Origin: Utricularia gibba
Taxonomy: Eukaryota; Plantae; Magnoliophyta
Assembly (NCBI GenBank): GCA_002189035.1
Contig: NEEC01000398.1
Span: forward strand, 1 to 15,133
Direction: 5' to 3'
Length of the DNA: 15,133 nucleotides
Of the stretch, positions 1 to 10,820 are shown piece by piece; position 1 is the first letter of the stretch; each line of letters opens with the position of its first letter. Below the pieces are notes generated by a model, which saw only the letters and a program-made list of their open reading frames with translations, searched no databases and was not told the DNA's origin. The position numbers were made by a program, and so were the translations under genes.

Positions 1-626
1 GTGATGCAGTTATTGAAGTTAGGATTTCATGAGCACCCAAAATGGTTTTCTCAACCGCATGCTTATATTTGATAAGGCACTCTCGTGGGGCAACGGTATC
101 GAGCAGGAGGTCGAGTCGAGCTCGGGCCCAGTCATTTGTAGCTCGGCAAAAAACTTGATGCATTTATTAACGGTTGGTTTTAATAGGCTGCCTCAATGGT
201 TTTCTCAAGGAAAAGCTTGTCGTTTTTGGGCGGGTGATGTCGTTGTGAACTTCGTTCTGACCCAAGGTTCGGTCTGTCTCCTTTGCCAAATCTGGTCCTA
301 CTCGACGAAAATCGTGATGCAGTTATTGAAGTTAGGATTTCATGAGCACCCAAAATGCTTTTGTCAATCGCATGCTTTGTAGTTGAGGAGGCGCTCTAGT
401 GGGGCACGGTATCGGGCAAAAGGTCGAGTCGGGCTCGCTCCAGAGTCATTTTTAGCCTGTCAAAAAAAGTGATGCATTTATTAACGTTGGGTTTTAATAG
501 GCTGCCTACATGGTTTCTCAAGGAAAAGCTTGTCGTTTCTGGGCGGGTGATGTCTTTTGGAACTTCGTTCTGACCATAGGTTCGGTCTGACTCCTTTGCC
601 ACATCGGGTCCTACTCGACGAAAATC
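1..626 (+). repeat. A-B 2-mer higher-order unit (M1-M2)
   Basis: The A monomer (CCTCAATGG, GTTGTGAAC, TGTCTCCTTTGCCAAATCTGG) is followed by a B monomer (CAATCGC, GAGGAGGCGCTCTAGTG, GGGCAAAAGG, GGGCTC without SacI, TTTTTAGCCTGTC, GACCATAGG). Confidence 0.85.
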
Positions 627-1244
627 GTGATGCAGTTATTGAAGTTAGGATTCATGAGCACCCAAAATGGTTTTCTCAACCGCATGCTTTATATTTGATA
701 AGGCACTCTCGTGGGCAACGGTATCGAGCAGGAGGTCGAGTCGAGCTCGGGCCAGAGTCATTTGTAGCCCGGCAAAAAAATTGATGCATTTATTAACGTT
801 CGGTTTATTAGGCTGCCTACATAGTTTCTCAAGGAAAAGCTTGTCGTTTCTGGGCGGGTGATGTCTTTTGGAACTTCGTTCTGACCATAGGTTCGGTCTG
901 ACTCCTTTGCCACATCGGGTCCTACTCGACGAAAATCGTGATGCAGTTATTGAAGTTAGGATTTCATGAGCACCCAAAATGGTTTTCTCAACCGCATGTT
1001 TTATATTTGATAAGGCGCTCGTGGGGCAACGGTATCGAGCAGGAGGTCGAGTCGAGCTCGGGCCATAGTCATTTGTAGCCCGGCAAAAAATTGATGCATT
1101 TATTAACGTTGGTTTTAATAGGCTGCCTACATGTTTTCTCAAGGAAAAGCTTGTCGTTTTGGGCGGGTGATGTCTTTTGGAACTTCGTTCTGACCAAGGT
1201 TCGGTCTGACTCCTTTGCCACATCGGTCCTACTCGACGAAAATC

Positions 1245-1556
1245 GTGATGCAGTTATTGAAGTTAGGATTCATGAGCACCCAAAATGGTTTTCTCAACCG
1301 CATGCTTTATATTTGATAAGGCACTCTCGTGGGGCAACGGTATCGAGCAGGAGGTCGAGTCGAGCTCGGGCCCAGAGTCATTTGTAGCCCGGCAAAAAAA
1401 TTGATGCATTTATTAACGTTGGTTTTAATAGGCTGCCTACATGGTTTCTCAAGGAAAAGCTTGTCGTTTCTGGGCGGGTGATGTCTTTTGGAACTTCGTT
1501 CTGACCAAGGTTCGGTCTGACTCCTTTGCCACATCGGGTCCTACTCGACGAAAATC
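1245..1556 (+). repeat. Representative monomer (M5, 312 bp) made of two homologous 156-bp subunits (1245-1400 and 1401-1556)
   Basis: The first half begins GTGATGCAGTTATTGAAGTTAGGATTCATGAGCACCCAAAATGGTTTTCTCAA and the second half begins TTGATGCATTTATTAACGTTGGTTTTAATAGGCTGCCTACATGGTTTCTCAA. They align at about 75% identity by hand over the first ~54 bp, and patches of similarity continue to the ends. Confidence 0.9.
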
Positions 1557-2172
1557 GTGATGCAGTTATTGAAGTTAGGATTCATGAGCACCCAAAATGG
1601 TTTTCTCAACCGCATGCTTTATATTTGATAAGGCACTCTCGTGGGGCAACGGTATCGAGCAGGAGGTCGAGTCGAGCTCGGGCCCAGAGTCATTTGTAGC
1701 CGGCAAAAAAATTGATGCATTTATTAACGTTGGTTTTATAGGCTGCCTACATAGTTTTCTCAAGGAAAAGCTTGTCGTTTTGGGCGGGTGATGTCTTTTG
1801 GAACTTCGTTCTGACCAGGTTCGTCTGACTCCTTTGCCACATCGGGTCCTACTCGACGAAAATCGTGATGCAGTTATTGAAGTTAGGATTTCATGAGCAC
1901 CCAAAATGGTTTTCTCAACCGCATGCTTTATATTTGATAAGGCACTCTCGTGGGGCAACGGTATCGAGCAGGAGGTCGAGTCGAGCTCGGGCCCATAGTC
2001 ATTTGTAGCCGGCAAAAAAATTGATGCATTTATTAACGTTGGTTTTAATAGGCTGCCACATGTTTCTCAAGGAAAAGCTTGTCGTTTTGGCGGTGATGTC
2101 GTTGGGAACTTCGTTCTGACCCAAGGTTCGGTCTGACTCCTTTGCCACATCGGGTCCTACTCGACGAAAATC

Positions 2173-3085
2173 GTGATGCAGTTATTGAAGTTAGGATTTC
2201 ATGAGCACCCAAAATGTTTTTCAATCGCATGCTTTGTTTAGGAGGCGCTCTAGTGGGGCACGGTATCGGCAAAAGGTCGAGTCGGGCTCGCTCCCAGAGT
2301 CATTTGTAGCCCGCAAAAAATTGATGCATTTATTAACGTTCGGGCTATTAGGCTGCCTACATAGTTTCTCAAGGAAAAGCTTGTCGTTTCTGGGCGGGTG
2401 ATGTCGTTGGAACTTCGTTCGGACCAAGGTTCGGTCTGACTCCTTTGCCACATCGGGTCCTACTCGACGAAAATCGTGATGCAGTTATTGAAGTTAGGAT
2501 TCATGAGCACCCAAAATGGTTTTCTCAACCGCATGCTTTATATTTGATAAGGCGCTCTCGTGGGCAACGGTATCGAGTAGGGGTCGAGTCGAGCTCGGGC
2601 CCATAGTCATTTGTAGCTCGGCAAAAAACTTGATGCATTTATTAACGTTGGTTTTAATAGGCCTACTTTTTCTCAAGGAAAAGCTTGTCGTTTTGGGCGG
2701 TGATGTCGTTGTGAACTTCGTTCTGACCCAAGTTCGGTCTGACTCCTTTGCCAATCGGGTCCTACTCGACGAAAATCGTGATGCAGTTATTGAAGTTAGG
2801 ATTCATGAGCACCCAAAATGGTTTTCTCAACCGCATGCTTTATATTTGATAAGGTGCTCTCGTGGGGCAACGGTATCGAGCAGGAGGTCGAGTCGAGCTC
2901 GGGCCAGAGTCATTTGTAGCCGCAAAAAATTGATGCATTTATTAACGTTGGGTTTTAATAGGCTGCCTACATGGTTTCTCAAGGAAAAGCTTGTCGTTTC
3001 TGGCGGGTGATGTCGTTGGAACTTCGTTCTGACCCAAGGTTCGGTCTGACTCCTTTGCCACATCGGGTCCTACTCGACGAAAATC
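2173..3085 (+). repeat. Isolated, diverged copy of the 3-mer unit (M8-M10)
   Basis: M8 has a B-like head, an ACATAG tail and GTTCGGACC (shared with M39). M9 has GAGTAG/CCCATAG/GTTGTG like M40. M10 has GTGCTC/GAGCAG/CCAGAG like M41. Confidence 0.6.
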
Positions 3086-3393
3086 GTGATGCAGTTATTG
3101 AAGTTAGGATCATGAGCACCCAAAATGGTTTTCTCAACCGCATGCTTTATATTTGAGGAGGCGCTCTCGTGGGCAACGGTATCGAGTAGGAGGTCGAGTC
3201 GAGCTCGGCCCATAGTCATTTGTAGCTCGGCAAAAAACTTGATGCATTTATTAACGTTGGGTTTTAATAGCTGCCTACATTGTTTCTCAAGGAAAAGCTT
3301 GTCGTTTCTGGCGGGTGATGTCGTTTGGAACTTCGTTCTGACCCAAGGTTCGGTCTGACTCCTTTGCCACATCGGTCCTACTCGACGAAAATC

Positions 3394-5252
3394 GTGATGC
3401 AGTTATTGAAGTTAGGATTTCATGAGCACCCAAAATGGTTTTCTCAACCGCATGCTATTTGATAAGGTGCTCTCGTGGGCAACGGTATCGAGTAGAGTCG
3501 AGTCGAGCTCGGGCCCATAGTCATTTGTAGCTCGGCAAAAAACTTGATGCATTTATTAACGGTTGGTTTTAATAGGCTGCCTCAATGGTTTTCTCAAGGA
3601 AAAGCTTGTCGTTTTTGGCGGGTGATGTCGTTGTGAACTTCGTTCTGACCCAAGGTTCGGTCTGTCTCCTTTGCCAAATCTGGTCCTACTCGACGAAAAT
3701 CGTGATGCAGTTATTGAAGTTAGGATTTCATGAGCACCCAAAATGTTTTCTCAATCGCATGCTTTGTATTTGAGGAGGCGCTCTAGTGGGGCACGGTATC
3801 GGGCAAAAGGTCGAGTCGGCTCGCTCCCAGAGTCATTTGTAGCCTGCAAAAAAAAGTGATGCATTTATTAACGTTGGGTTTTAATAGGCTGCCTACATGG
3901 TTTCTCAAGGAAAAGCTTGTCGTTTCTGGCGGGTGATGTCTTTTGGAACTTCGTTCTGACCATAGTTCGGTCTGACTCCTTTGCCACATCGGGTCCTACT
4001 CGACGAAAATCGTGATGCAGTTATTGAAGTTAGGATTTCATGAGCACCCAAAATGGTTTTCTCAACCGCATGCTTTATATTTGATAAGGTGCTCTCGTGG
4101 GGCAACGGTATCGAGTAGGAGGAGTCGAGCTCGGCCCATAGTCATTTGTAGCTCGGCAAAAAACTTGATGCATTTATTAACGGTTGGTTTTAATAGGCTG
4201 CCTCAATGGTTTTCTCAAGGAAAAGCTTGTCGTTTTTTGGGCGGGTGATGTCGTTGTGAACTTCGTTCTGACCCAAGGTTCGGTCTGTCTCCTTTGCCAA
4301 TCTGGTCCTACTCGACGAAAATCGTGATGCAGTTATTGAAGTTTAGGATTTCATGAGCACCCAAAATGCTTTTCAATCGCATGCTTTGTAGTTGAGGAGG
4401 CGCTCTAGTGGGGCACGGTATCGGGCAAAAGGTCGAGTCGGGCTCGCCCAGAGTCATTTTTAGCCTGTCAAAAAAAGTGATGCATTTTTAACGTTGGGTT
4501 TTAATAGGCTGCCTACATGGTTTCTCAAGGAAAAGCTTGTCGTTTCTGGGCGGGTGATGTCTTTTGGAACTTCGTTCTGACCATAGGTTCGGTCTGACTC
4601 CTTTGCCACATCGGGTCCTACTCGACGAAAATCGTGATGCAGTTATTGAAGTTAGGATTTCATGAGCACCCAAAATGGTTTTCTCAACCGCATGCTTTAT
4701 ATTTGATAAGGTGCTCTCGTGGGGCAACGGTATCGAGTAGGAGGTCGAGTCGAGCTCGGGCCCATAGTCATTTGTAGCTCGGCAAAAAACTTGATGCATT
4801 TATTAACGGTTGGTTTTAATAGGCTGCCTCAATGGTTTTCTCAAGGAAAAGCTTGTCGTTTTGGGCGGGTGATGTCGTTGTGAACTTCGTTCTGACCCAA
4901 GGTTCGGTCTGTCTCCTTTGCCAAATCTGGTCCTACTCGACGAAAATCGTGATGCAGTTATTGAAGTTAGGATTTCATGAGCACCCAAAATGCTTTTCAA
5001 TCGCATGCTTTGTAGTTGAGGAGGCGCTCTAGTGGGCACGGTATCGGCAAAAGGTCGAGTCGGGCTCGCCCAGAGTCATTTTTAGCCTGTCAAAAAAGTG
5101 ATGCATTTATTAACGTTGGTTTTAATAGGCTGCCTACATGGTTTCTCAAGGAAAAGCTTGTCGTTTCTGGGCGGTGATGTCTTTTGAACTTCGTTCTGAC
5201 CATAGGTTCGGTCTGACTCCTTTGCCACATCGGGTCCTACTCGACGAAAATC
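3394..5252 (+). repeat. Three tandem A-B 2-mers (M12-M17), period ~620 bp
   Basis: A-type tails (CCTCAATGG / GTTGTG / TGTCTC...ATCTGG) in M12, M14 and M16 alternate with B-type heads in M13, M15 and M17. Confidence 0.88.
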
Positions 5253-7106
5253 GTGATGCAGTTATTGAAGTTAGGATATCATGAGCACCCAAAATGGTTT
5301 TCTCAACCGCATGCTTTATATTTGATAAGGCACTCTCGTGGGCAACGGTATCGAGTAGGAGGTCGAGTCGAGCTCGGCCCAGAGTCATTTGTAGCCCGGC
5401 AAAAAAAATTGATGCATTTATTAACGTTCGGCTTTTTAGGCTGCCTACATAGTTTCTCAAGGAAAAGCTTGTCGTTTCTGGCGGGTGATGTCTTTTGGAA
5501 CTTCGTTCTGACCCAAGGTTCGGTCTGACTCCTTTGCCACATCGGGTCCTACTCGACGAAAATCGTGATGCAGTTATTGAAGTTAGGATTCATGAGCACC
5601 CAAAATGGTTTTCTCAACCGCATGCTTTATATTTGATAAGGCGCTCTCGTGGGCAACGGTATCGAGTAGGAGGTCGAGTCGAGCTCGGGCCCATAGTCAT
5701 TTGTAGCTCGGCAAAAAACTGATGCATTATTAACGTTTGGTTTTAATAGCTGCCTACATGGTTTCTCAAGGAAAAGCTTGTCGTTTCTGGCGGGTGATGT
5801 CGTTGGAACTTCGTTCTGACCCAAGGTTCTCTGACTCCTTTGCCACATCGGGTCCTACTCGACGAAAATCGTGATGCAGTTATTGAAGTTAGGATTTCAT
5901 GAGCACCCAAAATGGTTTTCTCAACCGCATGCTTTATATTTGATAAGGTGCTCTCGTGGGGCAACGGTATCGAGTAGGAGGTCGAGTCGAGCTCGGGCCC
6001 ATAGTCATTTGTAGCTCGGCAAAAAACTTGATGCATTTATTAACGTTTTTTAATAGCTGCCTACATTGTTTTCTCAAGGAAAAGCTTGTCGTTTGGGCGG
6101 GTGATGTCGTTTGGAACTTCGTTCTGACCAAGGTTCGGTCTGACTCCTTTGCCACATCGGTCCTACTCGACGAAAATCGTGATGCAGTTATTGAAGTTAG
6201 GATTTCATGAGCACCCAAAATGTTTTCTCAATCGCATGCTTTATATTTGATAAGGCACTCTCGTGGGGCAACGGTATCGAGCAGGGGTCGAGTCGAGCTC
6301 GGCCCATAGTCATTTGTAGCTCGGCAAAAAACTTGATGCATTTATTAACGTTTGGTTTTAATAGCTGCCTACATTTTTCTCAAGGAAAAGCTTGTCGTTT
6401 CTGGCGGTGATGTCTTTTGGAACTTCGTTCTGACCCAAGGTTCTGTCTGACTCCTTTGCCACATCGGGTCCTACTCGACGAAAATCGTGATGCAGTTATT
6501 GAAGTTAGGATTCATGAGCACCCAAAATGGTTTTCTCAACCGCATGCTTTATATTTGATAAGGCGCTCTCGTGGGGCAACGGTATCGAGCAGGAGGTCGA
6601 GTCGAGCTCGGGCCCATAGTCATTTGTAGCTCGGCAAAAAAATTGATGCATTTATTAACGTTTGGTTTTAATAGCTGCCTACATGTTTTCTCAAGGAAAA
6701 GCTTGTCGTTTCTGGCGGGTGATGTCGTTGGGAACTTCGTTCTGACCAAGGTTCGGTCTGACTCCTTTGCCACATCGGGTCCTACTCGACGAAAATCGTG
6801 ATGCAGTTATTGAAGTTAGGATTCATGAGCACCCAAAATGGTTTTCTCAACCGCATGCTTTATATTTGATAAGGTGCTCTCGTGGGGCAACGGTATCGAG
6901 CAGGAGGTCGAGTCGAGCTCGGGCCCATAGTCATTTGTAGCTCGGCAAAAAACTTGATGCATTTATTAACGGTTGGTTTTAATAGGCTGCCTACATTGTT
7001 TTCTCAAGGAAAAGCTTGTCGTTTTTGCGGGTGATGTCGTTGGGAACTTCGTTCTGACCCAAGGTTCGGTCCTCCTTTGCCAATCTGGTCCTACTCGACG
7101 AAAATC

Positions 7107-8341
7107 GTGATGCAGTTATTGAAGTTAGGATTCATGAGCACCCAAAATGGTTTTCTCAACCGCATGCTTTATATTTGATAAGGCACTCTCGTGGGGCAAC
7201 GGTATCGAGCAGGAGGTCGAGTCGAGCTCGGGCCCATAGTCATTTGTAGCTCGGCAAAAAACTTGATGCATTTATTAACGTTGGTTTTAATAGGCTGCCT
7301 CAATGGTTTCTCAAGGAAAAGCTTGTCGTTTTGGGCGGGTGATGTCGTTGTGAACTTCGTTCTGACCCAAGGTTCGGTCTGTCTCCTTTGCCAAATCGGG
7401 TCCTACTCGACGAAAATCGTGATGCTTTGAAGTTAGGATTTCATGAGCACCCAAAATGTTTTTCAATCGCATGCTTTGTAGTTGAGGAGGCGCTCTAGTG
7501 GGGCACGGTATCGGGCAAAAGGTCGAGTCGGGCTCGCCCAGAGTCATTTTTAGCCCAAAAAAATTGATGCATTTATTAACGTTGGGTTTTAATAGGCTGC
7601 CTACATGGTTTCTCAAGGAAAAGCTTGTCGTTTCTGGCGGGTGATGTCTTTTGGAACTTCGTTCTGACCATAGTTCGGTCTGACTCCTTTGCCACATCGG
7701 GTCCTACTCGACGAAAATCGTGATGCAGTTATTGAAGTTAGGATTTCATGAGCACCCAAAATGGTTTTCTCAACCGCATGCTTTATATTTGATAAGGTGC
7801 TCTCGTGGGGCAACGGTATCGAGTAGGAGGTCGAGTCGAGCTCGGCCCATAGTCATTTGTAGCTCGGCAAAAAACTTGATGCATTTATTAACGGTTGGTT
7901 TTAATAGGCTGCCTCAATGGTTTTCTCAAGGAAAAGCTTGTCGTTTTTTGGGCGGGTGATGTCGTTGTGAACTTCGTTCTGACCAAGGTTCGGTCTGTCT
8001 CCTTTGCCAATCTGGTCCTACTCGACGAAAATCGTGATGCAGTTATTGAAGTTAGGATTTCATGAGCACCCAAAATGCTTTTCAATCGCATGCTTTGTAT
8101 TTGAGGAGGCGCTCTAGTGGGGCACGGTATCGGGCAAAAGGTCGAGTCGGGCTCGCCCAGAGTCATTTTTAGCCTGTCAAAAAAAGTGATGCATTTATTA
8201 ACGTTGGGTTTTAATAGGCTGCCTACATGGTTTCTCAAGGAAAAGCTTGTCGTTTCTGGGCGTGATGTCTTTTGGAACTTCGTTCTGACCATAGGTTCGG
8301 TCTGACTCCTTTGCCACATCGGGTCCTACTCGACGAAAATC
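7107..8341 (+). repeat. Two tandem A-B 2-mers (M24-M27)
   Basis: The same linked markers alternate: A in M24 and M26, B in M25 and M27. Confidence 0.85.
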
Positions 8342-10820
8342 GTGATGCAGTTTGAAGTTAGGATATCATGAGCACCCAAAATGGTTTTCTCAACCGCATG
8401 CTTTATATTTGATAAGGCACTCTCGTGGGCAACGGTATCGAGCAGGAGGTCGAGTCGAGCTCGGGCCCAGAGTCATTTGTAGCCGGCAAAAAAATTGATG
8501 CATTATTCGGCTTTATTAGGCTGCCTACATAGTTTCTCAAGGAAAAGCTTGTCGTTTCTGGCGGGTGATGTCTTTTGGAACTTCGTTCTGACCCAAGGTT
8601 TCGGTCTGACTCCTTTGCCACATCGGGTCCTACTCGACGAAATCGTGATGCAGTTATTGAAGTTAGGATTCATGAGCACCCAAAATGGTTTTCTCAACCG
8701 CATGCTTTATATTTGAGGAGGCGCTCTCGTGGGGCAACGGTATCGAGTAGGAGGTCGAGTCGAGCTCGGGCCCATAGTCATTTGTAGCTCGGCAAAAAAC
8801 TTGATGCATTTATTAACGTTGGTTTTAATAGGCTGCCTACATTGTTTCTCAAGGAAAAGCTTGTCGTTTTGCGGTGATGTCGTTGGGAACTTCGTTCTGA
8901 CCAAGGTTCTGTCTGACTCCTTTGCCACATCGGGTCCTACTCGACGAAAATCGTGATGCAGTTATTGAAGTTAGGATTCATGAGCACCCAAAATGGTTTT
9001 CTCAACCGCATGCTTTATATTTGATAAGGGCTCTCGTGGGGCAACGGTATCGAGCAGGAGGTCGAGTCGAGCTCGGGCCCATAGTCATTTGTAGCTCGGC
9101 AAAAAACTTGATGCATTTATTAACGTTGGTTTTAATAGCTGCCTACATTGTTTCTCAAGGAAAAGCTTGTCGTTTCTGGGCGGTGATGTCGTTGGGAACT
9201 TCGTTCTGACCCAAGGTTCGGTCTGACTCCTTTGCCACATCGGGTCCTACTCGACGAAAATCGTGATGCAGTTATTGAAGTTAGGATTTCATGAGCACCC
9301 AAAATGTTTTTCTCAACCGCATGCTTTATATTTGATAAGGCGCTCTCGTGGGGCAACGGTATCGAGCAGGAGGTCGAGTCGAGCTCGGGCCCATAGTCAT
9401 TTGTAGCTCGGCAAAAAACTTGATGCATTTATTAACGGTTGGTTTTAATAGGCTGCCTCAATGGTTTCTCAAGGAAAAGCTTGTCGTTTTTGGGCGGGTG
9501 ATGTCGTTGTGAACTTCGTTCTGACCCAAGGTTCGGTCTGACTCCTTTGCCACATCGGGTCCTACTCGACGAAAATCGTGATGCAGTTATTGAAGTTAGG
9601 ATTCATGAGCACCCAAAATGTTTTCTCAACCGCATGCTTTATATTTGATAAGGCACTCTCGTGGGCAACGGTATCGAGCAGGAGGTCGAGTCGAGCTCGG
9701 GCCAGAGTCATTTGTAGCCGGCAAAAAAATTGATGCATTTATTAACGTTGGCTTTATAGGCTGCCTACATAGTTTCTCAAGGAAAAGCTTGTCGTTTCTG
9801 GGCGGGTGATGTCTTTTGGAACTTCGTTCTGACCATAGGTTCGGTCTGACTCCTTTGCCACATCGGGTCCTACTCGACGAAAATCGTGATGCAGTTATTG
9901 AAGTTAGGATTCATGAGCACCCAAAATGGTTTTCTCAACCGCATGCTTTATATTTGATAAGGCACTCTCGTGGGGCAACGGTATCGAGCAGGAGGTCGAG
10001 TCGAGCTCGGCCCAGAGTCATTTGTAGCCCGGCAAAAAATTGATGCATTTATTAACGTTGGTTTTAATAGGCTGCCTACATAGTTTCTCAAGGAAAAGCT
10101 TGTCGTTTTTGGGCGGGTGATGTCTTTTGGAACTTCGTTCTGACCAAGGTTCGGTCTGACTCCTTTGCCACATCGGGTCCTACTCGACGAAAATCGTGAT
10201 GCAGTTATTGAAGTTAGGATTCATGAGCACCCAAAATGGTTTTCTCAACCGCATGCTTTATATTTGAAGGCACTCTCGTGGGGCAACGGTATCGAGCAGG
10301 AGGTCGAGTCGAGCTCGGCCCAGAGTCATTTGTAGCCCGGCAAAAAATTGATGCATTTATTAACGTTCGGCTTTATTAGGCTGCCTACATAGTTTCTCAA
10401 GGAAAAGCTTGTCGTTTCTGGGCGGGTGATGTCTTTTGGAACTTCGTTCTGACCATAGGTTCGGTCTGACTCCTTTGCCACATCGGGTCCTACTCGACGA
10501 AAATCGTGATGCAGTTATTGAAGTTAGGATTTCATGAGCACCCAAAATGGTTTTCTCAACCGCATGCTTTTATATTGATAAGGTGCTCTCGTGGGGCAAC
10601 GGTATCGAGTAGGAGGTCGAGTCGAGCTCGGGCCCATAGTCATTTGTAGCTCGGCAAAAAACTTGATGCATTTATTAACGGTTGGTTTTAATAGGCTGCC
10701 TCAATGGTTTTCTCAAGGAAAAGCTTGTCGTTTTTTGGGCGGGTGATGTCGTTGTGAACTTCGTTCTGACCAAGGTTCGTCTGACTCCTTTGCCACATCG
10801 GGTCCTACTCGACGAAAATC

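Noticed and set aside
18-43. Telomere-like TTAGG and the CAAAA pentamer in each monomer
   Set aside because: These are single short motifs expected by chance. There is no tandem TTTAGGG or TTAGG tract, so they do not show a telomeric location.
113-129. Dense palindromes (CGAGCTCG, GGGCCC) and the small ACGA-AAA-TCGT hairpin at the junction as regulatory or terminator elements
   Set aside because: The stems are only 3-4 bp per arm, there is no poly-U terminator context, and the CGAGCTCG/GGGCCC palindromes are lost in B monomers.
573-626. Hammerhead ribozyme, as found in some animal satellites, suggested by CTGA...CGAAA
   Set aside because: The core needs CUGANGA. The sequence has CTGACCA and CTGACTC, and I found no matching stems or minus-strand core.
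2095-2125. CENP-B-box-like motif (TCGTTGGGAAC / CTTCGTTCTGAC)
   Set aside because: It lacks the required TTCG-N4-A-N2-CGGG spacing, so the resemblance is only partial.
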